Of a DNA stretch of 64,000 nucleotides, positions 1-9,021 are shown piece after piece. The DNA is from an uncultured Actinomycetes bacterium. GTDB taxonomy: Bacteria > Actinomycetota > Thermoleophilia > UBA2241. The notes under the pieces were generated by a model. The model did not search any database and was not told the origin of the DNA. It was given only the letters and a program-made list of their open reading frames with translations. The position numbers and the translations under genes were made by a program. Numbering within the stretch: position 1 is the stretch's first letter; every line of letters begins with the position of its first letter. The stretch covers positions 512,001-576,000 of the forward strand of contig CAVRZA010000002.1 in NCBI GenBank assembly GCA_963725665.1, read 5' to 3'.

Positions 1-436
1 CTCGGTGCCCCACGCGGGCGAAGCGGCCGGCCCGGCCTCGATCTGGGGTGCGCTGACGGCCCTGAGGGCCGACCGCATCCGCCACGGCATCAGGGCAGTC
101 GAGGATCCGGCGCTGCTCGAGGAGCTGGTGCGCCGCGGCACCGTGCTCGACGTGACGCCCATCTCGAACGTGCGTCTCGGCATCGTCCCTTCACTGGAGG
201 AGCATCCGCTGCCGCGTCTGCGCGCCGCCGGCGTGGCCTGCTCGATCTCGACCGACGACCCGGGATTGATGGGTACTGACCTCGCTCAGAACTACGCTGC
301 CGCGGCCCGGCTCGGCGTGAGCGCCCGCGAGGCCTACGAAGCGGGCCTCGCGGGCGCCCTCTGCGACGAGCCCACGCGGCAGCACTTGCAGGCGATCGGC
401 GCCGCCTTCGACTGGGAGCCGGTGACCACCGAATAG
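1..436 (+). CDS. add: Adenosine deaminase family protein, C-terminal part (truncated by window start)
   Basis: Motifs PHAGE, RIRHG, TPISN, STDDP of the ADA amidohydrolase family; TAG stop at 434-436. Confidence 0.85.
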   Translation, partial: SVPHAGEAAGPASIWGALTALRADRIRHGIRAVEDPALLEELVRRGTVLDVTPISNVRLGIVPSLEEHPLPRLRAAGVACSISTDDPGLMGTDLAQNYAAAARLGVSAREAYEAGLAGALCDEPTRQHLQAIGAAFDWEPVTTE

Positions 437-537
437 CGGCCGATCGCCGCTCGCCCCGCTCTCACAGCCCCGCCACCACCGCCTTCACGATAGTATCCGC
501 CTGAGTGGATCGAACGACGCCCAGGAGGGCAGGGCCC

Positions 538-1932
538 GTGGAGAACACCATCAAGACGCGCATGGGGGACGGCTCGCTCGTCGAGATGACGCGCAGCGAG
601 CTCCGTGCCGAGCTCGAGGCCGGCGTCGAGGCGGCCGTCAAGCGGGCCAAGGTCCCTCCCCTCGGCCCGGACGAGTTCGACCACCTGCTCGACATCTGGG
701 CGTCGGCGTCGCGCTTCAGCGCCGTCGATATCGGCCACGAGGTCGTCCTGAGCCTGGATGGCTGCAACGCCGGCAGCTTCCTCTCGGCTCAGCAGGATCT
801 GCAGGTCTACGAGCAGGACTTCTGCCTCGACGTCGTTGAGTTGGCGCACATCGACTACTCCTACAAGGCCGTCAAGGCGATCATCCCCAACCAGGCTCAG
901 ATCGTCCGCGACGCACAGCTCGTCCTCACCGCCCCTCTGCAGTACGGTGCCATGCCCAACCTGGGCCTCTACTCGCAGCCCGACGGTCCCGTGCCCAACT
1001 GGTCCGAGCTGCTGCCGCAGGGGCGCATCGACGAGGCTCGAGAGTCGCAGGTGGCGGCCGTCGAGTACGCGGTCAAGGACATGGTTGAGGTAGGGGAAGG
1101 GATGTGGGAGGCCGGCGTCGATGGCCTCGACTTCGATACCTCGGGAGCGGCGGGCGACGGTGACTTCCTGGCGACGCTCAAAGCCGTCGCGCGGTTGCGC
1201 GCGATGTTCCCCGACATGGGCATCGAGCTCGGCATGGCGGGGGAGTTCGTCCTCGGCATTCACGGGCAGCTCGAGTACGAGGGAGTGCGCCTCGCCGGAC
1301 TGTGGCCGCGAGAGCAGATGAAGCTTGCAGCGCAGGCTGGGGCAACGATCTTCGGTCCTGCGGTCAACGTGAACACGAGCCACAGCGGCGCCTGGAACAT
1401 CGCCCGCGCGCTGACGCTGGTGAAGCCTTGTTGCGATGAGGCCGAGATCCCCATCCACATGAACGTGGGGATGGGCGTCGGCGGGGTGCCGATGGCCTAC
1501 TACGGGCCGGTCGATGCCGTGTCGCGCGCGTCGCGCGCCTGTGTCGACATCCTGCGCCTCGACGGCTTGTAGGTCGGCGCGGGCGATGCGCTCGGCCAGC
1601 CGTGTGCCCACTCCATCGCCTCCGGCATGGGTGGCATCCGGACCGCCGGAGACCTGGTGGCGAGGATGCAGATGACCGCGGGGATGAGGCTCGAGGAGGC
1701 AAAGGCGTACGTGGCCGGCAAGCTGGGTGTAGCCGCCGACGATCTCTCGGACCCGGTCGTCATGGGCGACGTTCGCTCGGAGTTGGGGCTGGCTCGCGTC
1801 ATCACGCCTGAGTCGGTCTTCCCGCACCAGCCCAACGCCATCGAAGCGAAGTTCCGCATCGCCGAGCTGCTCGACCTACCCATCAACTGCGTCGCTCGCT
1901 TCGCCGAGCGGACGGGTCTGGCAAAGGGTTGA
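538..1932 (+). CDS. mtbB: Dimethylamine:corrinoid methyltransferase MtbB with in-frame amber codon (probable pyrrolysine) at 1570-1572
   Basis: ORFs 505..1572 and 1627..1932 share one frame. Readthrough gives ...LDGL(TAG)[34 protein letters not shown], matching the MtbB DG(I/L)-Pyl-(I/V)GxGD...[16 protein letters not shown] context. Also TRMGDG, HIDYSYKAVK, YGAMPNLGLY, DFDTSGAAGDGDF. AGGAGG at 523-528 precedes GTG 538; 464 aa. Confidence 0.9.
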
Positions 1933-2237
1933 GCGACCTCGTTGCGGGCCGGGGAGCTGCGCTCTTCATCTCCCAGGCCTCCCCTGCTCCCCTGCGTGCC
2001 CGATGTGGGCGCGCCACCCAGCGGTCGTTGAGCCGCCGGTCGCAACGGGCACTGCCCCTTAGGTGCCCTGCTAGCATGGTAGCACCGGACCAACGAAGCG
2101 CAGCGCGCGGACCGTCTAGCGGCCAGCGCAGCTTCGGCTGAGACGGTAGGAGGATGTTGCCAGTCGGCGCTGAGTGTCAGAGACTCGCAGGTGATTCCCG
2201 AGTGCCTGAAACGCCCGGCTGGTTCTCGCCGGGCTGA

Positions 2238-2879
2238 GTGACGAGCGACGGACGGAGCTTGACGAGCTTGAGCGATCTCATCATGTTCGACTTCGACGGC
2301 GTGATAGCCGACTCTCTCGAGGCCATGCACGATGCGGCGGTCACTGCGCTGCGCGAGGGCGGACTGGATCACCTCGTCTCGGAAGACCTGGTGCCGCGCC
2401 TGGTGGAGTCCAACTGGTTCGAGGGTCTGCGCAAGCTGGGGGTGCCCCCGCGGGTGGCGCGCGTCATGGATGACCTCATCGCGGTGAAAGTGGGCGCGGG
2501 CGAGGTTGCGCCGTACGCCGGGATCCCTGAGGTCATAGCCAGTCTGGCACAACGTCACTGCGTCCTCATCGTGACGTCGAACCGGTCCGACATCGTCGCG
2601 GACTTCCTTTCTCAGTGGGGTATCGCGGGCATCCGGGAGGTCTTGGGCGGGGACAAGGGCAAGAGCAAGGTCCCGAAGCTGCGTGCAGCGTTGGGCAGCT
2701 ACCCCCACGAGGAGGCATGGTTCATCGGAGACTCCGTCGGCGACATAGTCGAAGGCGGTTCCGCCGGCGTCTCGACGATCGCCGCGACGTGGGGATGGCA
2801 CTCGGAGGAGCAGCTTCTGGGGTCCTCTCCCGACCGACTGGTTAGGGCTCCGGAGGAGCTTCTGCGGCTCCTCCTTTAA
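2238..2879 (+). CDS. HAD-superfamily hydrolase (phosphoglycolate phosphatase-like)
   Basis: FDFDGVIADS motif I, VTSN, K, FIGDSVGD motif IV, TWGW. Confidence 0.85.
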   Translation: MTSDGRSLTSLSDLIMFDFDGVIADSLEAMHDAAVTALREGGLDHLVSEDLVPRLVESNWFEGLRKLGVPPRVARVMDDLIAVKVGAGEVAPYAGIPEVIASLAQRHCVLIVTSNRSDIVADFLSQWGIAGIREVLGGDKGKSKVPKLRAALGSYPHEEAWFIGDSVGDIVEGGSAGVSTIAATWGWHSEEQLLGSSPDRLVRAPEELLRLLL

Positions 2880-3014
2880 CTGCCGAGCGCGCTCACCGAT
2901 CGCCGCAGGGAGCGGGGATCGAACGGAGTGACCCGGCTGTGCCGAGGGGAACTGGAGGAACTGGACCCCGTTGCGGGGAGTGCAAGGCTGTCGCGTTTGA
3001 GGAGGGGAGAGCTG

Positions 3015-3275
3015 ATGTTGTGCGCCATCGCGAAGAACCTCGAGGAGGAACAGCTCGGCGAGATCATGTCGCTTGAGGAGGAGACCGGCCTGACGCTCGT
3101 CGCCTTCTCCTGCCGCTCTCTGGACCCCGAACGGGAGGAGCGACTGCGCAGGATCGAGGCCGAGCTGGGATCGCCGTTGCAGGCGGAGCCGGCCCCAATC
3201 AGTGAGGAGCAGCTCGTGCAGATCCGCCGTCTCGAGGGGGCGACTGGCCTCTCGCTAGTGGCGGTGGAGGCGTAG
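3015..3275 (+). CDS. Small hypothetical protein with two internal repeats
   Basis: GAGGAGG before ATG 3015; LEEEQLGEIMSLEEETGLTLVA repeated as ISEEQLVQIRRLEGATGLSLVA. Confidence 0.6.
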   Translation: MLCAIAKNLEEEQLGEIMSLEEETGLTLVAFSCRSLDPEREERLRRIEAELGSPLQAEPAPISEEQLVQIRRLEGATGLSLVAVEA

Positions 3276-3316
3276 GGGGCGGGGGAGCCGGCCGTCCCGG
3301 CCGGCTCCCCCGCCCG
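3276..3316. terminator. GC-rich hairpin between convergent genes
   Basis: Inverted repeat gggcgggggagccggcc ... ggccggctcccccgccc. Confidence 0.55.
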
Positions 3317-3343
3317 CTCGCCGCCCGCCCCTGCCGCAAGGCG

Positions 3344-3475
3344 TCAGCGCGCGCACGGGACGTTGGCGCTTGTGTGGTAGAGGGTCTGGCGGGCGATCTT
3401 GCCGTCGCGGATCTCCAGAACGGCCGCGCCACCGCCGCTGATGTCCGGTGCTTGCGCATTGACAAGGGCCCAGCC
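3344..3475 (-). pseudogene. C-terminal fragment of a SnoaL/NTF2-like protein
   Basis: GGAAVLEIRDGKIARQTLY resembles the SnoaL-like final strands; no intact N-terminus. Confidence 0.35.
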
Positions 3476-3813
3476 GGGCGGCCTGGTCGTGGAGTCACTG
3501 CCGCAGGGGGGCGGTGAGAAAGGGATGGTGGTCGCGAGTCCGAGATGGGACCCGCGTCCGCAGGCACAACCGTGGTCCCGTTTGTGCCTGACTGTCACCC
3601 TGCGTCCCGGTTGGCCACGGGCCGCTCTTGGCGGACTTCCGCAGTCTGATGCTACGGTGAACAGCCCAGCGGGGGTACGGCCAGTACGGACCCCCGCATC
3701 GGTAGTGGAAGTCCTTGTGATCCCGCTGCTACTGCGTCACGCCCGCGGATCCCTTGCCGCCGTCCGCGCCGCTCGGGGACGACTGTCGGTGTCGGAATCG
3801 AGCTTCGAAGTCA

Positions 3814-4386
3814 TCACCTTGGTGTCGTCTCTAAGAACCGCGCCACCGAGATGGCGGGCTTGGGCAGGCCGACTGGTGTCGCCTCCAAGAACGTCCCCAG
3901 CGTGATGACGGGCTTGGGCATGCCGACGACGGCCACGACGGCGATCGCGCCCCGTTGCCTTCTCAGCGCCACGCCCAAGGCCAAGAGACTGCTGCCGAGA
4001 ACGAGAGGCATCCACTCGCGGCCGCCGGTGCGCAGGAGCTGCTTCGGCGGGGCGGTCGCGTGCTTGGTCGGGTGCGTCGTGGGGTGCGTGGTCGGCGTCG
4101 GCGTGATGGTGGGGGTCACAGTCGGCGTTGGCGTGACCGTCGGCGTCGGGCTCGGCGACGGCGACGGTGACGGCGATGGAGTATACGACGGCGACGGTGA
4201 CGGCGATGGAGTACACGTCGGTGACGGCGACGGCGATGGAGTACAAGTCTTGGTCGGCGTCGGCGATGGAGTACATGTGTTGGTCGGTGTCGCCGTCGGC
4301 GTACTCCAGCCGACGGACGCCGACGCCGTGGCCGGCATGGCCAGGCAGGCGATGGACAGGACGATTGCCGCGGTGGTTGTTCTCAT
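3814..4386 (-). CDS. Secreted Pro/Thr/Ser-rich surface protein with LPXTG-like (LLRTG) sorting signal
   Basis: RBS AAGGAAAGGGGAG; signal peptide MRTTTAAIVLSIACLAMPATASA; TPSPSP repeats; LLRTG + hydrophobic helix + RRQR. The 3' end may be extended or degraded. Confidence 0.6.
   Translation of the reverse strand: MRTTTAAIVLSIACLAMPATASASVGWSTPTATPTNTCTPSPTPTKTCTPSPSPSPTCTPSPSPSPSYTPSPSPSPSPSPTPTVTPTPTVTPTITPTPTTHPTTHPTKHATAPPKQLLRTGGREWMPLVLGSSLLALGVALRRQRGAIAVVAVVGMPKPVITLGTFLEATPVGLPKPAISVARFLETTPR
4165..4290. repeat. 30-bp period coding tandem repeat (4 copies)
   Basis: cggcgatggagta recurs at 4171, 4201, 4231, 4261. Confidence 0.85.
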
Positions 4387-4429
4387 GGCTCCCCTTTCCT
4401 TTCGCGCTATTCTAGTCCCCGTAACGGCC

Positions 4430-5071
4430 TTGCCGGTCCCGGCGTGGAGCGCCGTCGAGCTCCGGACGTTACTGGACTCGCAGGAGGGCGAGCCGCTGCA
4501 GCCGTTGTGGCGCCTGTTCGCCCTGACTGGTCTGCGCTGCGGCGAGGCCTTGGGCCTGCGGCGGGGCGACGTCGATTGGGATGCCGGCCGAGTCACGGTG
4601 CGCCGCAACAGGGTGCCCCTGGCCGGCGGCGTGATTGCGGAGACGAGCACCAAGACAAACAGGGTGCGCGTCGTCGATCTCGACCCGGAGACGGTCGCCG
4701 TGCTGCGTGATCCGCAGATAACGGCTGCCTGCCGCGGCGTCGAGACGCCGGCGGACCTCGAGGCTGCCGAGGTGGACCGCGAGGCTTACATCTTCACCGA
4801 CGAGGCCGGCGAGCCGCTCGGCCCGAACAGCGTCTCCTACCGCTTCCGTGCGGCCGTGCAGAAGACCGCCGTGCGGAGGATCCCGCTGCACGTCCTCAGG
4901 CACACGCACATCAGACTCCTCGTGGCCAAGGGCTGCGCCATTCCTATGGTCGCGGCGACGGCCGGCCACGCCGACCCGAGCATCACGCTGAAGGTCTACA
5001 GCCACTGCCTGCCGGGTGCACAGCAAGACGCTCTGAGGGCCATGGCGAGAGGGCGGACGGACGCTCAGTGA
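4430..5071 (+). mobile_element. Tyrosine recombinase/integrase, catalytic domain only (N-terminally truncated), next to tRNA-Thr 3' end
   Basis: WSAVELRTLL, TGLRCGEALGL, HVLRHTH, GHAD, TLKVYSH; no core-binding domain. Confidence 0.8.
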
Positions 5072-5157
5072 CCCCCTGCTCTGGCAGACTCTGGCAAATG
5101 CGCATCCCTCGTGAGGGTGGGGAAGGGTGCGAAAGACCGCGACTTCCGGTGGAGTTA

Positions 5158-5233
5158 TGGAGCCGACGCGGGGAATCGAACCCCGGACCCCATCATTACG
5201 AGTGATGTGCTCTGCCAGCTGAGCTACGTCGGC
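5158..5233 (-). tRNA. tRNA-Thr(CGT)
   Basis: GCCGACG acceptor stem, anticodon loop CT-CGT-AA, GGTTCGATTCC, encoded CCA; upstream TTGCAG-17-TACAAT. Confidence 0.95.
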
Positions 5234-5556
5234 TCGGGTGCCTTGCGATTGTAGCCAACGGCCCTCGTGCCTGCAAAGTCCGCCCTGAAGGCCCGTCGGG
5301 AACGGCGGCCGGGGCTATGTCGGCGCGCCCTAGTGCTTCTTCCTATTTCTTAATGTTCAGTGCCTTTCAATGCTCTTTACGACCATCTACACTGCCACTC
5401 ATAGAAGTCATTCCCGCACCTTCTTGGCAATCTCCTCACGCTTTCCGACTCTCTCGGGGGTCGTAGTAACGGGGCACGTCAGGACCCGCATCGACGCAGT
5501 CGTGATGCGGGTCGAACTGCCGGCTGGCAGGCCGGCACCGAGCACAAGGAGACGCT

Positions 5557-6028
5557 ATGCGTAACGCCCCCGAGCGCCCGGTGAGGAAGGCACGTGGCAT
5601 CCGTGCAGCCTTCCTCGTCATCCCTGCCCTCGCGCTGACTGCGCTGGTATCGGCGGCCGCGATCGTCGCCACACCCGCGACGGCGCATCCCAGGCAACGG
5701 TCAGCCCTGCAGTCGCTGTCACACGCAGACCGCGACTGCCACCGTGACGCTGAAGCTGTCGGCCAAGAAGGTCCATCCGGGCACTGTGGTCAAGGCCTCG
5801 GGCACGGTCCCGGCCGATCACAACTGGACCAAGGTCACCATCCAGAAGCGCCTCGGGACCAAGCCGTGGAAGGCGTGGAAGACGGTGACGATCACCTCGA
5901 CCTCGACCTTCTCGGCGAAGTGGACCGCACAGGCCACGAAAGGCAAGTACTCGTTCCGCGCCATCTACGCGGGCGACAACAACTACAAGAAGTCCATCTC
6001 GCCGGTGCGGAAGGTCACCGTCTACTGA
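5557..6028 (+). CDS. Secreted Lys/Thr-rich Ig-like beta-sandwich protein (frameshifted near 5685-5735)
   Basis: AAGGAG RBS; signal peptide in frame 5557; mature domain TVTLKLSAKKV...GKYSFRAIYAGDNNYKKSISPVRKVTV in frame 5744. Confidence 0.6.
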
Positions 6029-6103
6029 CACGAACGCGTCTGCGTAGGGAGACAGGGCAACAACTCAAGGCGCCGCAGCGCTTCCGCGCTGCGGCGCCGG
6101 ACT

Positions 6104-6138
6104 GGGCGGGGCCGGCTCGATCGAGCCGGCCCCGCCCG
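6104..6138 (+). terminator. Intrinsic terminator-like hairpin
   Basis: gggcggggccggctcga/tcgagccggccccgccc perfect inverted repeat. Confidence 0.6.
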
Positions 6139-6501
6139 CTCTATCAGGAGCGGTCCCCGCTCGTCCAAGTTCTCCCGTCGGACTCCGTCGGAGCTGCCGG
6201 GGCCGAAACGACCAGCCGTGTCTCGCGAACTCGGCTCACTTCCTGCTGTGGGACCCTCTTCTCGTCAATAGGCCAGTGCAAGTCACCTGGGGTCAGGACC
6301 GGAGATTGGCGCGCGCACGCCGTTGATGGGCGGTGCTGTCCGTGACCCCTTCGCAGCGCAGCCCAGAGAGGTCCGTCGTTTGTGTCCATCGGGTGAGAGA
6401 AGTATGGTGAGAATGTAAGAACCTAGGCGTCTCGCAGAGGCTGCCAGCAATCTGCGGAGCTGCGACGAGGTGCCGCGACCCGCACCGGGAGCCGCGGGGC
6501 C

Positions 6502-6868
6502 ATGGTCATTCTGCAGTCGACGTTGCGCTGTCTCGACCCGTTCAAAGGGCGTGACGAGCAGCGGCGCATCACCAGTGAGGAACGGAACGCACTCGGCACG
6601 GTCAACGCGAAAACCGCCGCTCAATGACGTGTGCGACTACCTGTTCGGCACGACTCGGGCGCTGATCCTCTTCGATCGCGTCGGGCTGCCGTTCGTAGAG
6701 GAGGACGGTCAGCGGCTGGCGTCACCTTACGCGCGCGCGGACTGTCAACCAACCCGGGGCTGCATCAGGGCGCGCTGCCAACGGGGCTCCTGGGCCGAGT
6801 TCATCGTCGAGCTTTCGCCGCCCTCACCGCTCGATGTCGGGTCAGCGCCTGCTGGGGCGGTCGAATAG
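6502..6868 (+). pseudogene. Internally deleted, frameshifted paralog of the GAF-histidine kinase at 36725..38056
   Basis: STLRCLDP..TSEERNALGTVNAKTAA / LNDVCDYLFGTTRALILFDRVGLPFVEEDGQRLASPYARA / GCIRARCQRGSWAEF align with TSVRYVDP..TEEERRILRLVNHRVAA / LNDVVDFLFEETMTIFPFDRIGLAFVEDAGGRVVSHYARA / GRIRAASKPGSWAEF. Confidence 0.75.
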
Positions 6869-7964
6869 CGTGGCCCGCGACGCGGCAAGTGCTCCTGGAC
6901 GCGCCCGTCGCGGTCTTCGCGCGCGCCTGGGCGAGCGGCCCATCGTCGAGAAGATCCTCATCGCCAACTCGGTGATCATCCTGCTCGGGGCCGTGTTCGG
7001 GACCTATCTCACCCGTCGTTATGCGGGACAGTCGGGGATTGCGCTCACCGCGATCTTCTTCGTCTGCGGTGTGGGTGTCACCGTGCTGGCCAACTATCTT
7101 GTGCTGCGGGCCGCTCTGCGGCCCCTGGTTGAGCTGAGCCGAGCGATGGAGTCACTCCATAAGGGTGAGCCGCAGGAAGCTCACATCGACTCGTCCGATC
7201 CCAACCTGCGCCGGGTGTCGCGCTCGTTCAACGAGATGTGCAGGCGTCTCGAAGAGGAGTCGAAGACGTACTCGGCCAAGCTCTTGAGCTCGATCGAGGA
7301 GGAGAGACGCCGCATCGGGCGTGAGCTGCACGACGACACGAGCCAGACGCTGGCGGCCGTGATGATCAATCTGGACCTGGTGGACAAGGCTCTTGCAGAC
7401 GCGTCGCCGGCCATCCGCGAGCGCGTCGAGAGCTCAAAGGAGCTTCTGCGCTACACGCTGGGTCAGATCAAGCTGCTCGTCTACGACCTGCGCCCCGTCA
7501 TGCTCGACGACTTCGGCCTTGTCCCTACGCTGCGCTGGTACATACAATCGTATGCCGAGGGAAGTGGTCCGAGCATCGAGTTGGATGTCGAGGCGGCGAA
7601 GTATCGCGTGCCGGGCGACATCGAGACGGCTCTCTTCCGGATCACCCAAGAGGCGATCGCGAACGCCGTCAGGCATTCCGGAGGGACCAAGGTCGTGGTA
7701 AGACTCGAGACCGCGTCCGGCTTCGTCAGCCTTGCCGTCATCGACAACGGTGATGGGTTCGACCCGCGGGAGGCGATTCGGCACAGTCAGCCGGGGCTGG
7801 GACTGCTCTCGATCAAGGAACGCGTGGAGTTGCTCAACGGGTCGCTGACCATCGAGTCGAACAAGGGGAGGGGCACGCGGGTGTACGTGGTCATTCCGCT
7901 GCCGGCGGGCGCCAAGCCTCCCACTCCGCTACCGGACAACGAAGCCAAGGTGAGAGTGCCATGA
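6834..7964 (+). CDS. Membrane sensor histidine kinase (2 TM, HAMP, HisKA_3, HATPase)
   Basis: EEERRRIGRELHDD, QEAIANAVRHS, DNGDGF, GLGL; start uncertain. Confidence 0.9.
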   Translation: MSGQRLLGRSNSVARDAASAPGRARRGLRARLGERPIVEKILIANSVIILLGAVFGTYLTRRYAGQSGIALTAIFFVCGVGVTVLANYLVLRAALRPLVELSRAMESLHKGEPQEAHIDSSDPNLRRVSRSFNEMCRRLEEESKTYSAKLLSSIEEERRRIGRELHDDTSQTLAAVMINLDLVDKALADASPAIRERVESSKELLRYTLGQIKLLVYDLRPVMLDDFGLVPTLRWYIQSYAEGSGPSIELDVEAAKYRVPGDIETALFRITQEAIANAVRHSGGTKVVVRLETASGFVSLAVIDNGDGFDPREAIRHSQPGLGLLSIKERVELLNGSLTIESNKGRGTRVYVVIPLPAGAKPPTPLPDNEAKVRVP

Positions 7965-8641
7965 GCCAACCGCATGAGGTCAGAGACAGCCGAGTGAAGG
8001 TCCTTCTCGTCGACGATCACACCATCTTGCGCGAAGGTATCCGGTCGCTGCTGTCTCTCGAACAGGACATCGAGGTCGTGGGCGAGGCGAAGGACGGGCT
8101 CGAGGCGGTCGAGCAGGTCCCGCGCGTCAAGCCCGACGTCGTCATCATGGACATGGTAATGCCGCGCATGAACGGGCTCGAGGCGACGCGGCAGATCAAG
8201 AAGCGCTTCCCGGAGGTGCGCATCCTCATTCTCAGCATGTACGACGACGATGAGTACGTGCTGCAGATCATCCAGGCAGGCGCGTCGGGCTACGTTCTCA
8301 AGAGGGTGGCCACTGAGGAGCTCGTCAAGGCTATCCGCGAGGTTCACAAGGGCTCGTCGTTCCTCTACCCGCCGATCGCGGCCAAGCTCATCGACGACTA
8401 CGTGCGCCGCGTCAAGGGTGCCGACGCGGGCGAACCTCACGAGGCGCTCACGGTGCGCGAGCGCGAGGTCCTCAAACTGATCGCCGAGGGCAACACCAAC
8501 CACGAGATCGCCGACATCCTCTGCGTGAGCAAGAAGACCATTGAGAGTCACCGCGCCAACATCATGCGCAAGCTCGACCTGCACGACGTCACCGAGCTCG
8601 TGAAGTACGCGCTGCGCAAGGGGCTCATCAAGCTCGACTGA
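7961..8641 (+). CDS. NarL/LuxR-family response regulator
   Basis: LVDDH, MDMVMP receiver; LTVREREVLKLIAEG...TIESHRANIMRKL HTH. Confidence 0.95.
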   Translation: MSQPHEVRDSRVKVLLVDDHTILREGIRSLLSLEQDIEVVGEAKDGLEAVEQVPRVKPDVVIMDMVMPRMNGLEATRQIKKRFPEVRILILSMYDDDEYVLQIIQAGASGYVLKRVATEELVKAIREVHKGSSFLYPPIAAKLIDDYVRRVKGADAGEPHEALTVREREVLKLIAEGNTNHEIADILCVSKKTIESHRANIMRKLDLHDVTELVKYALRKGLIKLD

Positions 8642-8860
8642 CTTGCTCGAGCCGGCGAGCTGGCGGCGGAGCGGGCGGCGCGTGCGGGCGACAACGAGCA
8701 GCGCCACCGGCCGCTGCGCGGCACGCTCCGCCGCCAGCCTGCGGCGAGTGTAGGCGTGCCGAAACAGCCGTTCCTGCGGATTCCTTTCGACATACTGTCC
8801 AAAAGAGCCCGCCGACTTCACCGGCCTGTTCTCCACAACTAGTAACAGTCCTAGGCTGAA

Positions 8861-8907
8861 ATAGGGGTTCGGCCCTATAGGTGGATTCCTCCCGCTATTG
8901 CTATATT
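8861..8907 (+). promoter_or_regulatory. Candidate hdr-mvh promoter: palindrome plus extended -10
   Basis: ATAGGG-N6-CCCTAT at 8861-8878; TG-c-TATATT at 8899-8907 in an AT-richer patch. Confidence 0.45.
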
Positions 8908-9021
8908 TTTCACAAGGTGGGGAAGGTCTGTCGCGCGCGCACGCGGCAGGCGCCTTCGCGCGTGGTCTTGGTGCCTGACGCGGACCCCAACCGGCACTGA
9001 CGGCGAGGACGGGAGTGTTCG

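Noticed and set aside
1933-2237. Cobalamin riboswitch or tRNA-Pyl downstream of mtbB
   Set aside because: Only generic GC hairpins; no B12 box and no CUA-anticodon cloverleaf recognised
4165-4290. 30-bp periodic repeat as a possible CRISPR array
   Set aside because: Intervening sequences resemble each other, the period is a codon multiple encoding TPSPSP repeats, and there are no cas genes
3851-4430. N-terminal half of the 406-aa ORF as part of the integrase
   Set aside because: GDGDG/VGVGV text is the antisense of the P/T/S-rich gene on the minus strand
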